This document shows positions 22,613 through 35,500 of a DNA stretch of 64,000 nt, one piece after another (position 1 is the stretch's first letter; every line of letters begins with the position of its first letter). Made by a program: the position numbers and the translations under genes. Below the pieces are notes generated by a model. It worked only from the letters and a program-made list of their open reading frames with translations, searched no databases and was not told the DNA's origin. The DNA comes from Phoronis australis (Eukaryota; Animalia; Phoronida), in NCBI GenBank assembly GCA_002633005.1, contig NMRA01000389.1:186001-250000 (forward strand). The letters run 5' to 3'.

Positions 22613-25600
22613 CAGAGGGTCCAACATCTGGGGGCGTGTTACAATCCTTAAGTCACTGAGTGAGGATCCGGACCCCCTTTGCAGCCACACTTGCATGTTT
22701 TGATGTTTTCTGGTGGTTACAGGTTGATTTGAAATTGTCGATTGGTGAATATACCAGTAAAACCCAGACGTCATGCTCTGGTCTGACTAAATACTGACAG
22801 ACCTGACAAGATCAGCTGAAATAACGTAGTGACTACAGTAAAGTTTCTTCAATTTAGAATAGTGAAATTTTATTTTGTTCATTCTGTCTACAAAAATAAA
22901 TGGGAAGAAATTTTGACTTTATTTTCAACACACTTTACAGTGTACCAGTGTCATCGATCAACACATGGTGAAATTCTAAATTTTTGAAGCAATCCAGGGA
23001 GCTTTCGAAAAAGAGAAAAACATTTTTAAAAATTTGTGATATTCTGTTTGAAGAAACTTTATTGTATGCGTTTGCTGAGTAACTAACCTTTCGTTGAGTG
23101 TTGAGCCTGTGCAGGTTCATTTACAACTGTATCTATGCGTGAAATACGTCATGCACTGTGTCCATTTAAAATGTTTTTAGTCTGCAGTAAGTTTGTTATT
23201 GTACACTGGCGAATTCTTATTCACTGGTATTTCTGATTTGTTGAAATCTTATCCACTGTATCTATGTCAACCTACATACTGAACGATGCCTATTCCTGTA
23301 AGTTTTAACTGCAATACATGTAATACAGGCTGTTCACTGAAGTCCCTGACGCATACGTTTTGTAATTCTTTGTCATACAACGCTATTCTGGCTACCAGCT
23401 CGACACTGTCATTTTTAAGTGTTCGCATATTTGTAGTCGTACAATTGTAGGTCAGCTGTAGTCAAGAGTTTTAGAATGCAGTTAGTACTACTGTGGTAAG
23501 GTAATTTCTAGTTTTATCATTGATGTGCGACTGTCAAAATGCGAGTCTGTGGCGGTGAATTGTGCGACTGTCTAATGTTGAGTGATTCTAGGACTTCTCG
23601 AGGCCTTGTAAATGCTCATATGTCACTGTGTGTTGTATGTCAATTGTAAGGCATTGCCCAACATTTTTACAACATTGATCTTTCGTAAAATTGTTGAAAA
23701 ACGTTGAAATGATTTTGAACTCTTTCAATGCATTACTACCATCTATGGTGGCATTTTGCAGCATTTGACTTTTGAATGTTACGAAACATGAGTCCAACAA
23801 TTGCAGACACATCATACACCTGTAGAAAGATGTATTTGACAGGGTCTTTAGTAACACAGGATGACATCAGGATGTTTGGTAGGAATACTGTCATTATGAT
23901 GTTAACTCATTGAAAATGTTACTTTGCACTTAATAAATGGCTTGTCGTTTTTAGAGATGTTTTAGAAGTCAAGAGTAGTTTGGAAGTAGCCAATTTTTTA
24001 TGCAGAATTGTTTATCTTTAGACAATCAACAAATTACTGCCAGTTTTGAGTGTCCATTAACCTGTAGACAACTCATGTTTTGAACCAGTTATGCCTGGAT
24101 CAAAACTTCACATTGTGTACAGCATTCTTGATTGAGAAACACTGGACAAAAGTGTAAGTATTTTACTGGGAATGTTATAATTTTTCACCTGGAAGATTTA
24201 CAATAATTTTGAAGTCTCAAACTCGTTTCATAATAGTTGTATTTTGGATCCACTGAAATGCGCTCCATGTAACCTAGAAAGGTCAACTAATCATTGCAAA
24301 TATCTCCACTTTCTTTGTGAATGTCGGCCCTTGGAAATTTTCAAGTATGTGATTCACTAAAAAAACAACCAATTGACAACAGTCATTTGTATTTCGTAAT
24401 AAGCACATTGTACAGTCAGCTGATTATGCAAGGCAAAATGGGACCACTAGGAATATGAAACCAACAAGAACATTTTAGTGACTATGACATGGAAATTAAT
24501 TGTACCTCAAATTGGAAATAGTTTCATGAGGGAATGAGACCATCTTGAGAAATCTTATCAAATTCAGGAGTGCACCATGTCATTACAGAAAATTATTTTT
24601 TGAGTTTGTAAAAAAGTTTATGGGAATTACCTCTATTTTTAAGTACCTAAGAACTTCAGAAAAATCTGTTTTGTCAGGCAAAATCAAAAGAAAATGCCTT
24701 GTCCCACGCGCCACTAACAAAGTCAAACTGAGGTCTCAATCAATAGGTGAACTCCACTCAGCTCATGGAGCTGTGAACGTCAACTCTGTTTTTCAACCAA
24801 AACAAAGGGTTCTACCCCAAAACAATGGTTTTCACAGATGAAGCTTTACCACACAACCATGCCTTTATCTGGAGATACCACTTCACTTCAGTTTTACACA
24901 TCTAGTCTCTAATATACTACACTGGAACACCATGTATAGCGTACAAAATCTGTTTAGATAACATAACGGATAAAATAAAAAATTGAGTAAATAACAGGAG
25001 AATGTGAAAACAAATTGTAAAACATAAAAATACAAAAAGCCAGAAGTAAAAATTATCTAATAACCATGGCATTCAATTGACTTTGTTACACTAAAGTACT
25101 TTTGCGTAACAAGAAGACGATCATGGAAACAAAATGAACACAATATTTGCAAGAAAAACAGCATGGCTTGTCTAAATCAAATTCTGAAAACAACAAATAT
25201 ACAGCATTTCTCAACCCTTTAGCAATACATAAATTTCGAGCACACCAGCTTATATAACATCAGATTTGACATAGAATAAGTAGCAATTGAACAGTCACAA
25301 ATTCACCCTTCCATCACAGAACCAATGCGTTCCCCATTCACCCAGGCTCGGAAACTTGGTCCTCCATCAAATGACTAAATAAGTTGGCTTGGGCAAAGTC
25401 TAAGAAAATGGGCCTACACCCAGAACGACTGTCGCACAATATTGGGTCCACAGGACAGCCAACTCCAACAAAGGAAAGACTGAACAGAGAACCTTGCGTT
25501 TCACATGAAACTGTTGACACCAAATTGGGATAGTACTGGTTCTGTTATGCGATCTACACTTTCACTTTAAAAGCAATCTTGGGAAGTACAAACATCTATA

Positions 25601-26365
25601 TCTAGTGTCACAGAAAGTACATATAATAATAAATAATACGGTAAAATTTCCTATGTAGGATATAATATGGCTAACAAGTGAATTTTTTTCACAAAAGATA
25701 TCAAGTACAAAATGTTCACATTCAAGTTTTGTACTTTAGCTACCACTTGATGATGTTTTGACAAATTATGGTCTTTCATAACAAGACCTTGAAAATTGAA
25801 AACGGGGCAATCCTGATAATTCTTTTTGTCTGAAATTTGCCTAGATTTTACCATAATACTTACCATTCACAATAAACATAAACTCTAGTTGTCAATAATA
25901 TATCCTACTGGTTACTTATTTCATTCATGTGAATTATATTTGATGAAAATATTAGATATATAGAATGGAAATATGATTACAAAGTGTACTTTTGAACTAC
26001 CTGAAGTGAGACGTATCAAGAGTTTTATACAGTGCGACTTTTGACTAATACATCCTTTGTTGATCTGAGATGAAACCATCTTAGCAACGGCTTTTATACT
26101 TCATAACTCTTTACAATTCATCAATCATGACATTGTTACTCAGGTAACAGATATGTCCATGCATTACCTTCCTCAACTCTAATGAATATATTGGACTGGT
26201 ATTAATGACTACATCTGTGCAGCATGGACACCAGTATATATCATTCGCATGGCATTCTCGATCCTAGCCTAGTAAGTTCATGGATAAAATTACATAGAAA
26301 ACTCCTCACAGAAGAAAACTGACATTTGTCAAAAGACCACATAGAAAGATGTATGTAAACATTGT

Positions 26366-26550
26366 CTAGTTGTTAGTGTGTAAGAACCATTGGATCGTGT
26401 GCACATTCACCACTGCCCTTTGTTGACACCTCATGTTGAAGTGAGCGTTAACTATGACCAACGATTTTTGGCCAGCGATGCCGATATGCTCTCCAAATCT
26501 CCAGCTGCTCTCCAAGAGGCGATGTTTCCCAATGGCTTTGGCATCAGCAC
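26366..26550 (-). CDS. FSTL5: FSTL4/5-like last coding exon
   Basis: RLLESSWRFGEHI...SLVIVNAH...HTIQWFLHTNN-TAG. Confidence 0.88.
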
Positions 26551-29500
26551 CTGTAATGCATGAAAATGGCCTCCAGTAGAAGGATAAACTTTCAGCATAA
26601 CGTAATGCAATAGAGAACATTCGAAATGCAATTCTTCAGCAGTTAAGGAGAGCATGAAACTGACTTTCACTTGACCCAAATTTAAATCCCAGCAAGCAAG
26701 ATTATCCGAGTTGACAAAAAGACAATGCAATTTCTTTCATACATGGACACATTGCAACATTGGACTTAATGTTGCGTGAATCATTCTAATTTAAAACGTC
26801 CAAAATATATGCATGGGAGAGGTGGGATAACAACTAAGATACGTTTTGATGAAATATTGGTGAAAAACATCTTTGCTAGAGAAAAATCAACAGTTTTGGA
26901 AATAACCTTTATAGGGGGAGACAACCCCAGCTGAAAAAAGGAAAAAAACTGCATGCTTTTTCAAAAAATCTAATCATGAATGATCCCTAAAGCTGAGTGA
27001 ATTCACATTCACAAATTACATATCATACCTTGGATTACGTCTGACTTCCCGTTATCCAGATTAATATACCATAAGTGGCTGGCGTGGTGAGTACTAGCGA
27101 ACAAATCATAGCCATTGTGATGGAGAGAGGCGATAAAAGTCACATCATCCACAGGTTCTGTGAGCCAGTTCTCAAAAGCATAAACCAAGTCACCTGCATA
27201 CAAAATCAGTAATTATAACAATAATCATAATAGTGGTTATAGTAATCATAATAATAAATTCATTTTCAATCTATTAGTCCAAAATAACACTGTAACCATT
27301 TGATGCTAAGTTTTTTACCGAGGAAACTGCAATTTAATCCTCCATTAAGACAAAACAATCCATGACAGTTATAATTGGTTCTTGGAGGATTATCAGCAAA
27401 TTCAATAAAAACTCTAACTCTAAAACTTTGACCATTTTCAATCACCAAAAATCTTTACCCATTTATCAAATATTCAGTCCCTAATAGTCCAAATCTGTAC
27501 ACAGAAATATATTTTGTTATTTAGCAAAACTGGTAACAAAAAATCAACAGCATACCATTATCAGTAATTTTGTGGACAGTGATGTGTTTTTCATCTTGTA
27601 AGCGAATGAAATGTCGGTTGTCCGGGGTTACAAAAGATTGCCCATGCATATCCATTGTTTGGATAATAGAATCGGTGATATAATCCAAGATGAGTTTAAA
27701 TTCAGTGTTGTCCTTTGGCTCACAATCAACAATAATCTGACCACCTGCAAAATATATGATATTCCATCATTTGAAAGGTGATGAATTAATACATATTTAT
27801 TCAGTATCACTTGAAATAATATGATGAAACAATACTGAGTTGCCAGTATCACTTGAAACATAATGAAACAATCCAGAGTATTCTGTGTATCACTTGCAAT
27901 GACACCAAGACACAGTACAATATCCAGTATCACATGAAATGTTATGAAGAGATAAAGCAGAGTGACCGGTATCACTTGAAATGATACAACGAAACAACAG
28001 AATATCCATCATTTGAAAAATTATGAAGAAATGATACAGAGTATCTAGTATACCTTGAAATGATTATAATGAAGCAACAGAACATTGCAGTATCACTTCA
28101 GCAGCACCAACATTGTGCAATTTTAAGACAAAATGAAAGTTCATAAAATTGGGTTTTTAAAATGACTTTAAGTGGTAATGTACTTTCACAACAGGAGTTG
28201 ACATATTTATTTAATTAGAATGGAAACATGCTAGAAATCCATTGACTTACGAATGGCGATGAATGCAACATGTTTCGGCACGCATTTATATTTGGCGAGA
28301 TCCACAGAGCTGACAATAGCCAGTGTCTTCATGTCAACTTTTACCAGAGTCTGCACATCTCTTCTTGTCATGTAAGCATACTTGAAATTGTGTTTGATGT
28401 CACTGCTTGGTGGAACAAACAGGTCTTTAACCTAATAACACCAAAAAATACAACACAATAACAACAAATAGCAATCTCATAACTGGTAAAGTAAATAAAA
28501 ACCCACTCCAGCTTCACCCAGCACAAAGTACAATCCTGCATAAGGGTAAATAATTTCAGGACATTGCTTATTTCTTATGACAAGTGCAAATCAAAACAGA
28601 ATAACAATAGACACATAATAGCCAGCTTCCCATGTTATCTCTTATACCCTTTCTATTTTTCCTAATCCTGGAATAAAGAAACTCGGCAATACTATTTACC
28701 AAGTTGTGACTGAAGCTTGCTCAAATCCCACCAATTACCAGCAGGGATACTGAGTTTCAACCACATTGCACAGTATTCCTACAAGACTTCTGCAAAACTT
28801 CTCAACACAACTACCAGTTTTTGCTACAAACAGAACACGCGAGCATCACGACCACTACTTACATCAGTGAACATGTGGTCCAGTGCCTGTATGTCAATCA
28901 AGGAATGGAACATTCCCACACTGGCACTTCTGATCACTTGTACAGCATTGGGCCCAGTGGTGCCATCCTCACTACTCCAACTCATCAACCACACCTGGTC
29001 CATGTTTTCCTCATAGTGGAGCTGAACTGGGGTCAGCTCAGTGGCCAGAATCTGAAATCATTGTTCTCAAAGGGTAACTATAGGTACCTAACATGCTCAA
29101 TGGGAATGTTATCAAAAACAGTGTAACGCGTGTGCGCTTAACTGCAACAAATGTATGACTCACAGCCAAGTATTAATCTCCAGTTGCTGTTCCATCAGCT
29201 AACTGTAGTCCCCTGCAATGGATGCAGTTGCAATCATTAACTGTTATAGTAAGAGGAAATTTCAATTTTGAAAATTGCTGCCTCATTAGGCTTTTAAATG
29301 GAAAGTAGCAAAAAGACTACCTATATGTCACTACTTTTCTCAATTTTTATTGCAACTTGTTATCCCAAACACTGAGAGGTTGACAAATTGAGCAAGATTT
29401 TTAATTGTTATATCGCTGAATGCGATTCCACACTCTGCATCCTTAATGTATCATAAGGCACTTTAACAACAGGAGTTCCTTGATCATTTAAAGTTTTACA

Positions 29501-32500
29501 CAGTGACAGTGATAGTCTGGGTCAGACTTAAATAAACTAGGTACGCTTCACAAAGAGACATCTTCAGATTCACAACAGGCTATGAACCTTGTTGATGTCA
29601 GAACTTAACACAAACTCACCTGAACAGGCTGCATGGTGGAGGTCAAGTCAATAACGAGGACTCTGTTTAACGACGGCTGACTGGCGTATAGAAACTTGTT
29701 CTTTACATTAACGGCAGGACCCCACTGACATGTAGCTGACTTGCAAAGTGTGCTAGTCTCCTGCTTTGGACCTTTGCTGTGTATAGGGTCGGATAATTTG
29801 AGAGAGAACGACTCAACACAGTCCTTGGCATGCACCACAGTGTACCCGTTACTGTGGAATGTGGCGAACATCTCGGTCGATTTAGGCTCTAAAATGAGAC
29901 ACCCACGGTCAATAATAATTTGAAATGCAATGTGAAGTGTCAACAATGACATGTGAAGTGTCAACATGCACCCCCACACTGCACCTCATAATGACAACAG
30001 CTACATAGTGATGAAAACAGCATGCACACAGAATGGTGAAGTATTGCATATTTATACCTGTGAACTCTTCATGGATTTACCCATTTCATCACCAAAGGCA
30101 AACCATTTTCATTGAGAACGGCTTCATTCAGAAAGAGGAAAAGTAGTTGCAACCCCATGTAGATCATCTGTTTCAGCCCATACTGTCAGGTTAGGTTAGT
30201 ACAAGTAGATCAATACCTCTCTGAACCTTCTGTGTGGTTTTACAGTTGACTGTTACAGAGAGAAATTACTTAGGGCGATCCATCTTATAATATAATTTAA
30301 CTGGCTACAGTCATCTTTCATCATTTAACTGATAACTGGGTTGAGTTCCATAGATCCAATACTCTTGTGAAGGAAGCTAGTGTGATCATGTGCCTGCAAT
30401 ACATGGTGATACCTCATCATGAGGTTCTTGCATCTATGGAATGCACGACCAGTTGAACACTTACGAGAGTTGACTTGTTTTGGAGTGACAAACAATGTGG
30501 ATATGTCCTGAGCACGGCCAGCCTCATTAACAGCCAGACACTTGTATACGCCTGTATCTGGACGGTCCTGGACATCGCGAATCTGCAGTGAAGCGTTGTT
30601 TTCTGAAATTATATAGATAACAATAAGAGAGTAGGAAAAAACACTGTGCAAAAACAGTGAAACTTGTGAGAAATTTAAACAAAATTTAAAAGCAATTTAA
30701 TTTTATTAATAATTCATGCAGTGGTCGTCTAAAAACAGTGGAACTCGTAAAACATTAAAGCAAAATTTAAAAAAAATTTTAATCAGTAATTGATGCAGTG
30801 GCCGTCTGCTTTCAACAGGCTGCTTAAATTTCAGTCGTAACAAAATTTTAAGGATACAGGTGCTTATCCCTACTGAAATTGCCTGGCTACAATTTAAGGG
30901 GAACAGAACAACACAAAACTAGTACAACAGAAACGCAACAAACTTAGTTTTCCCATTAACGTATAGTGTACCCTTGTTTTAGAACAGAATAGATTTCTGA
31001 AATTAGGACAGACTTCTGAGTTAATAAAATTGGTCAATATGATCAACGTTTTTTGTTAATAGGGAAAGACATTTTTCACGCGAAAGCATTTTTCTATCTT
31101 GAATCGCTTGGCAACATGCTAACTGAGGATATCATTAATCTGCATTTTTTCAGGACCAAATTTCTCATTATTTTAAAACTACATGATGTCTAATTTCTAA
31201 GATTATTTTTTGTATGAAATTAAGAATTGTTCACTAATTTGATACAAAGCGCAATGTCCGATGGCTTACGGACTCTTTGACGAATTTCTTGTAACCTTTA
31301 CCTACATATTGACCCAAGAGTGTACTATCTAACACCAAAATATATTTCTACCTGATGTCTCTGCCCTCTAGCTAACATCAGAAACACAAATTCAAGGACA
31401 ATGAATAAATGGCATTGTTTTCTCCATAAGTGAATTGTAACTAGAAGAGCATACCACTAGCACCTCTCGTGTGCAGAATTTCTTGAGTATAAAACGATGT
31501 GCAAGCATTTATTAAACAAATAATAGACATTGCAGCTGTGTATTCAACAAATCTAGTGAATGGCATGAACACTGAGCAACTTTAGGGAACTCATTGTGTC
31601 AGTCTACTGTTTACCAATCACAGCTGGATCCCTACTCTTGTGTCATGCTTTAAAACAAGTAAACAAACTAAGTCACAACACTCATCCATTAGTGAGGTGT
31701 TGGAACTTGTCACATTCTTTTAACAGATTAGCAAGAATAGGAAATATTTATTCAAAGCAATTCTTACCAGACTTAAAATAATGTTTATTCTCATCTGGTA
31801 TAGGAAAATCGTTGACCTGCCACTGTAGCTTAGGGGCAGGAATACCATCAGCACGACAGCTTATGGCAACGTCCAGGCCAGTGTGGTAATACTGAGTGGG
31901 TGGATAGACTTGGACAGAGGGCGCCACTGTAAAAATACAATGTAAAGGTCACAGTGAGAATGATGAGTCATGGTCAGTGTAATGATTAGGTACTTGTGCC
32001 TTTGCCAAATGAAGATTGGTTAAAATGATGACCTCGGACAGTCTGTGACTTATTGCTATACATTTGATCTGAAATCTCGACAAGTAATTTTTCCCCTCAA
32101 ATACCCTCACGCATTTGAACAGACTTCTATTCAACATATTCTAATAATAAAAAGAAATCCTCTAGCACCACTTTGTAAATATCAAATTCACCTGATGCCA
32201 ACTCAACTATGATGTCACGACTGCCTTTGCAAAGATATGAACATACTCCTGACAATGCTTGGCTCTATCCACAACTAACAAGTTGAACATAGAATTTCAA
32301 ACATAACTAAGTGACAAACTTACTGATGACTCTAAGCTGATGTGTCTGTACAACAGATGGGTAAACCTCATCATGACAAGTGAAGTTTCCCGCGTGATGC
32401 AGACCAACTGGACTGAGGAATAACATGCCATTCTGTGATACCTGCAAACGAACACAATATGACAAAGTTAGTACCTCAAACTGTGAAAAAAATCAATATC

Positions 32501-35500
32501 CCTGGATGGATATACAGATGTCAATTTAAGTACAAGTGAAACTGTAGATGCAATGAAAAAATAATAATTAAATACAGAAGAATTGATTTAAAACTATTAT
32601 ACATGCATTTAGGTCCACCTGCCAAGAGATAAAATAATGTGTTCATTTAATAACAATATTCGCCCCAAGTGTTTAAATGCCATCATATGCAATTTTTGCT
32701 AATGCCATAAAATATTAATACACCTATGCCATTTGAATGCATGACGCAGAAGTATTCCACAAAAAGCTAACAACACAGACACCTATTAGTCTGCCTGACT
32801 ATTGTAATGGTCAATAGAGGTGATACCTTGATGTCATGTTGTGAGATGGTTGTCAGATCTACGCCATTTCTTTCCCAGATTATGCGAGTCGCCCCAACCA
32901 CATCACACTTCAACTCTACACTCTCTGATGGATCACTAACGGCTATGACATGGAACACCTTTGGGCCCTCTAGGTAAACATTTGGTACACCTGTGAAGGA
33001 AAATCATCGAGTTAAGTTAACATATGGGCACAGACTGGAGCTTTTGAATATAACCGACCCTACCTTGCTCTCATGTCATGCCTATCTAGGGTTGGAACAA
33101 GCTTAATCACTTAAAACAGAAAGACAATGTAATTGGTGTTATCTGTACTAAAACAAAAATCAATGGTTATTGTTGACATATTTAAACATTTATTAGCATT
33201 GCTCTGAGGGCTGTTCCAGTAAAATCTGTATGGGAGGGGGGGAGGGCACCTTTTTTTCGCACCCACCACCCATATTTTTCATTTATTTCTTCAGCCTACC
33301 ACCCGTAATTTTTTGTAAAATTGAAACGCAACCACCCGTAATTTTTTTTTGTTCTTGTGGTTCACTGCACAGGCGCTTGAGTTTATGTGTTCCTCCATCA
33401 CCATTAACGTCATTCATTACTAAGAAAACATGTTTCTTATATATGGTTATAAGCCATCGAGAAATTTGAGCACCTGTGGTTAAATGGTGTTATGGGCATG
33501 CCGATGAGGAGATCGGAGGGAGTGAAAAAGTCGGAGCTTTTTGCAAGTTGCATTTTTGTTTCAGTTTTTGATTCTGTGCGGATTGTTTATAAAATTTACT
33601 AAAATTACCCACCATCAAACATTTATGGCCCAATGAAACAACGACCTGTAAATTTTTAATTTTCTGAAGTATGACCACCAGCCATTTTGAATTTAAATCA
33701 AACGCAACCACCCATAAATTTTTATTTCAGTTGCCTTCCCCCCCCTCCCACACAGATTTTGCTGGAACAGCCCTGATATTTAAGAATGCAGACAACGTTG
33801 AAGCAACATTAGTGTACATAACGCTTAGTGTACTGGCGGATGAGTCACAATCACAATCTCATATTGTTGAAATTGTTTTTCGCTGTAACACTATCAAAGT
33901 TGTTGCCACACACCAAACTTGAACACATTGTGTTACAACAGGCTACTATACTAGCAGAAAAATGAGTTATTTTTAATTATATTATGTCTGTGGCAATTAG
34001 TGAAAGGTTGGCACCACATCTTTTACGAAATTACGCAGACCAGTTTTAGTAAGGAAAGATGAAGTTGTGGTCAATGAAAACTTGTTTTTTCCATAAGCAA
34101 CAATGAATTGTAAAACTAATCAGTACTTTGGAAATGGGAGTAAATGGGAAATAGTACTAATATACTGCAAGAACTGAAGCTTACCGAATGCCAAGTGGAA
34201 CTCGTCAATATCAAGGTAATCATTTGCAACACGAGAATCGTCAAAATTCAACATGTCTCTCAGCTGGCACGACGAAGACAATTTCTGCAGGTGATCTCGA
34301 GTTTGTGTGTAGTCCAACTCCCATTTATCAAGAAGGTTATCGTAGTTCTTATCATAGTAATTAAACATGGCATTCACCAGGAACGGACTTTTGGCACCTG
34401 GAATATGAAAGAAAATTCTTCTTCAATCAACAAGTAACTGACATTAACATCATGAACAGTTCATAAGTTGGTGGTAGCATGAACACAATCACATAGTTGC
34501 TGACAATGTCAAATTGAACAGTTCATTAGTCACTGTTGATATGATAATTATATACATTGGACCTGTCACTCATTAGGTGCTGCATCTCATTTCCTAACCA
34601 GCTGCTATGAATGATTCTTATCAGTTGGGATTACAGGAAGTGCCTTACCACAGCCCCCTTGGACCATAATGGGGGTCTCTTTTGTATGGGGATCAGGGAA
34701 CAGAGATGAGTATTAGTGACAACCGCATGTTCATATTCTTCCCTGCCCATTTTAACCACTGTGGACTATAAAAACTTAATCTTTAGTGGAAAATTGAATT
34801 TTTTCATTGTTTGAACAGCAAAACTTGGTCAATTACAACAGGAGGAATTTAGGAAGATAATGGACATTGCAACTGCTGTTCCAACCTTGTGTTCTGTAAC
34901 CCGACTCCCTGAGCAACACAATCTGGCGACTTGACTTGTGCACACCACCGTCTATCAGAGTGGTCTTAATACTCCCAAGGAATGCAGTGAAATTTGAATG
35001 GGGGAGCGTGTCATGCTGACAGTGACAAATTAAAGTGATCAGTTTACAAGTCAATACTTAACATTTGATCAACCAGTTATTGAATGAACATGATTTCTTA
35101 AGACAGTGGTTGACAGGATGTGGAATGCGAACAGTTCACAAGCTAATGGTTGACATGATGAACACAAAGTAACTACTATGAATAACGGGCAGTGACAAAA
35201 TGGACTGTTCATAAGTCAATGGTTGATAAAATGAATATTCGACCAACCAATGGTTAAGAGCATGAATATTCGATCAGTTATTCACACACCAGAAAGATGA
35301 ACCAGTTCAACTTATGGAACAAATTATACAAAACAAACATAAACTGAGGTATACTAGACAAGGTAATTTACATATTCAATTACAATACCGTATGACAAAA
35401 CATACTACTGCTCTTTGAATTTGAATTTGACTTCAGAAGAACTGTCCATGAACACCAAAATTTGTCTCCTTAGCAGTTAAGCAAGATATCTAAAGCACCC

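Noticed and set aside
27760-28100. CRISPR-like repeat/spacer appearance
   Set aside because: Linkers are related to each other, repeats are degenerate, it lies in a spliceosomal intron and there are no cas genes; it is a minisatellite
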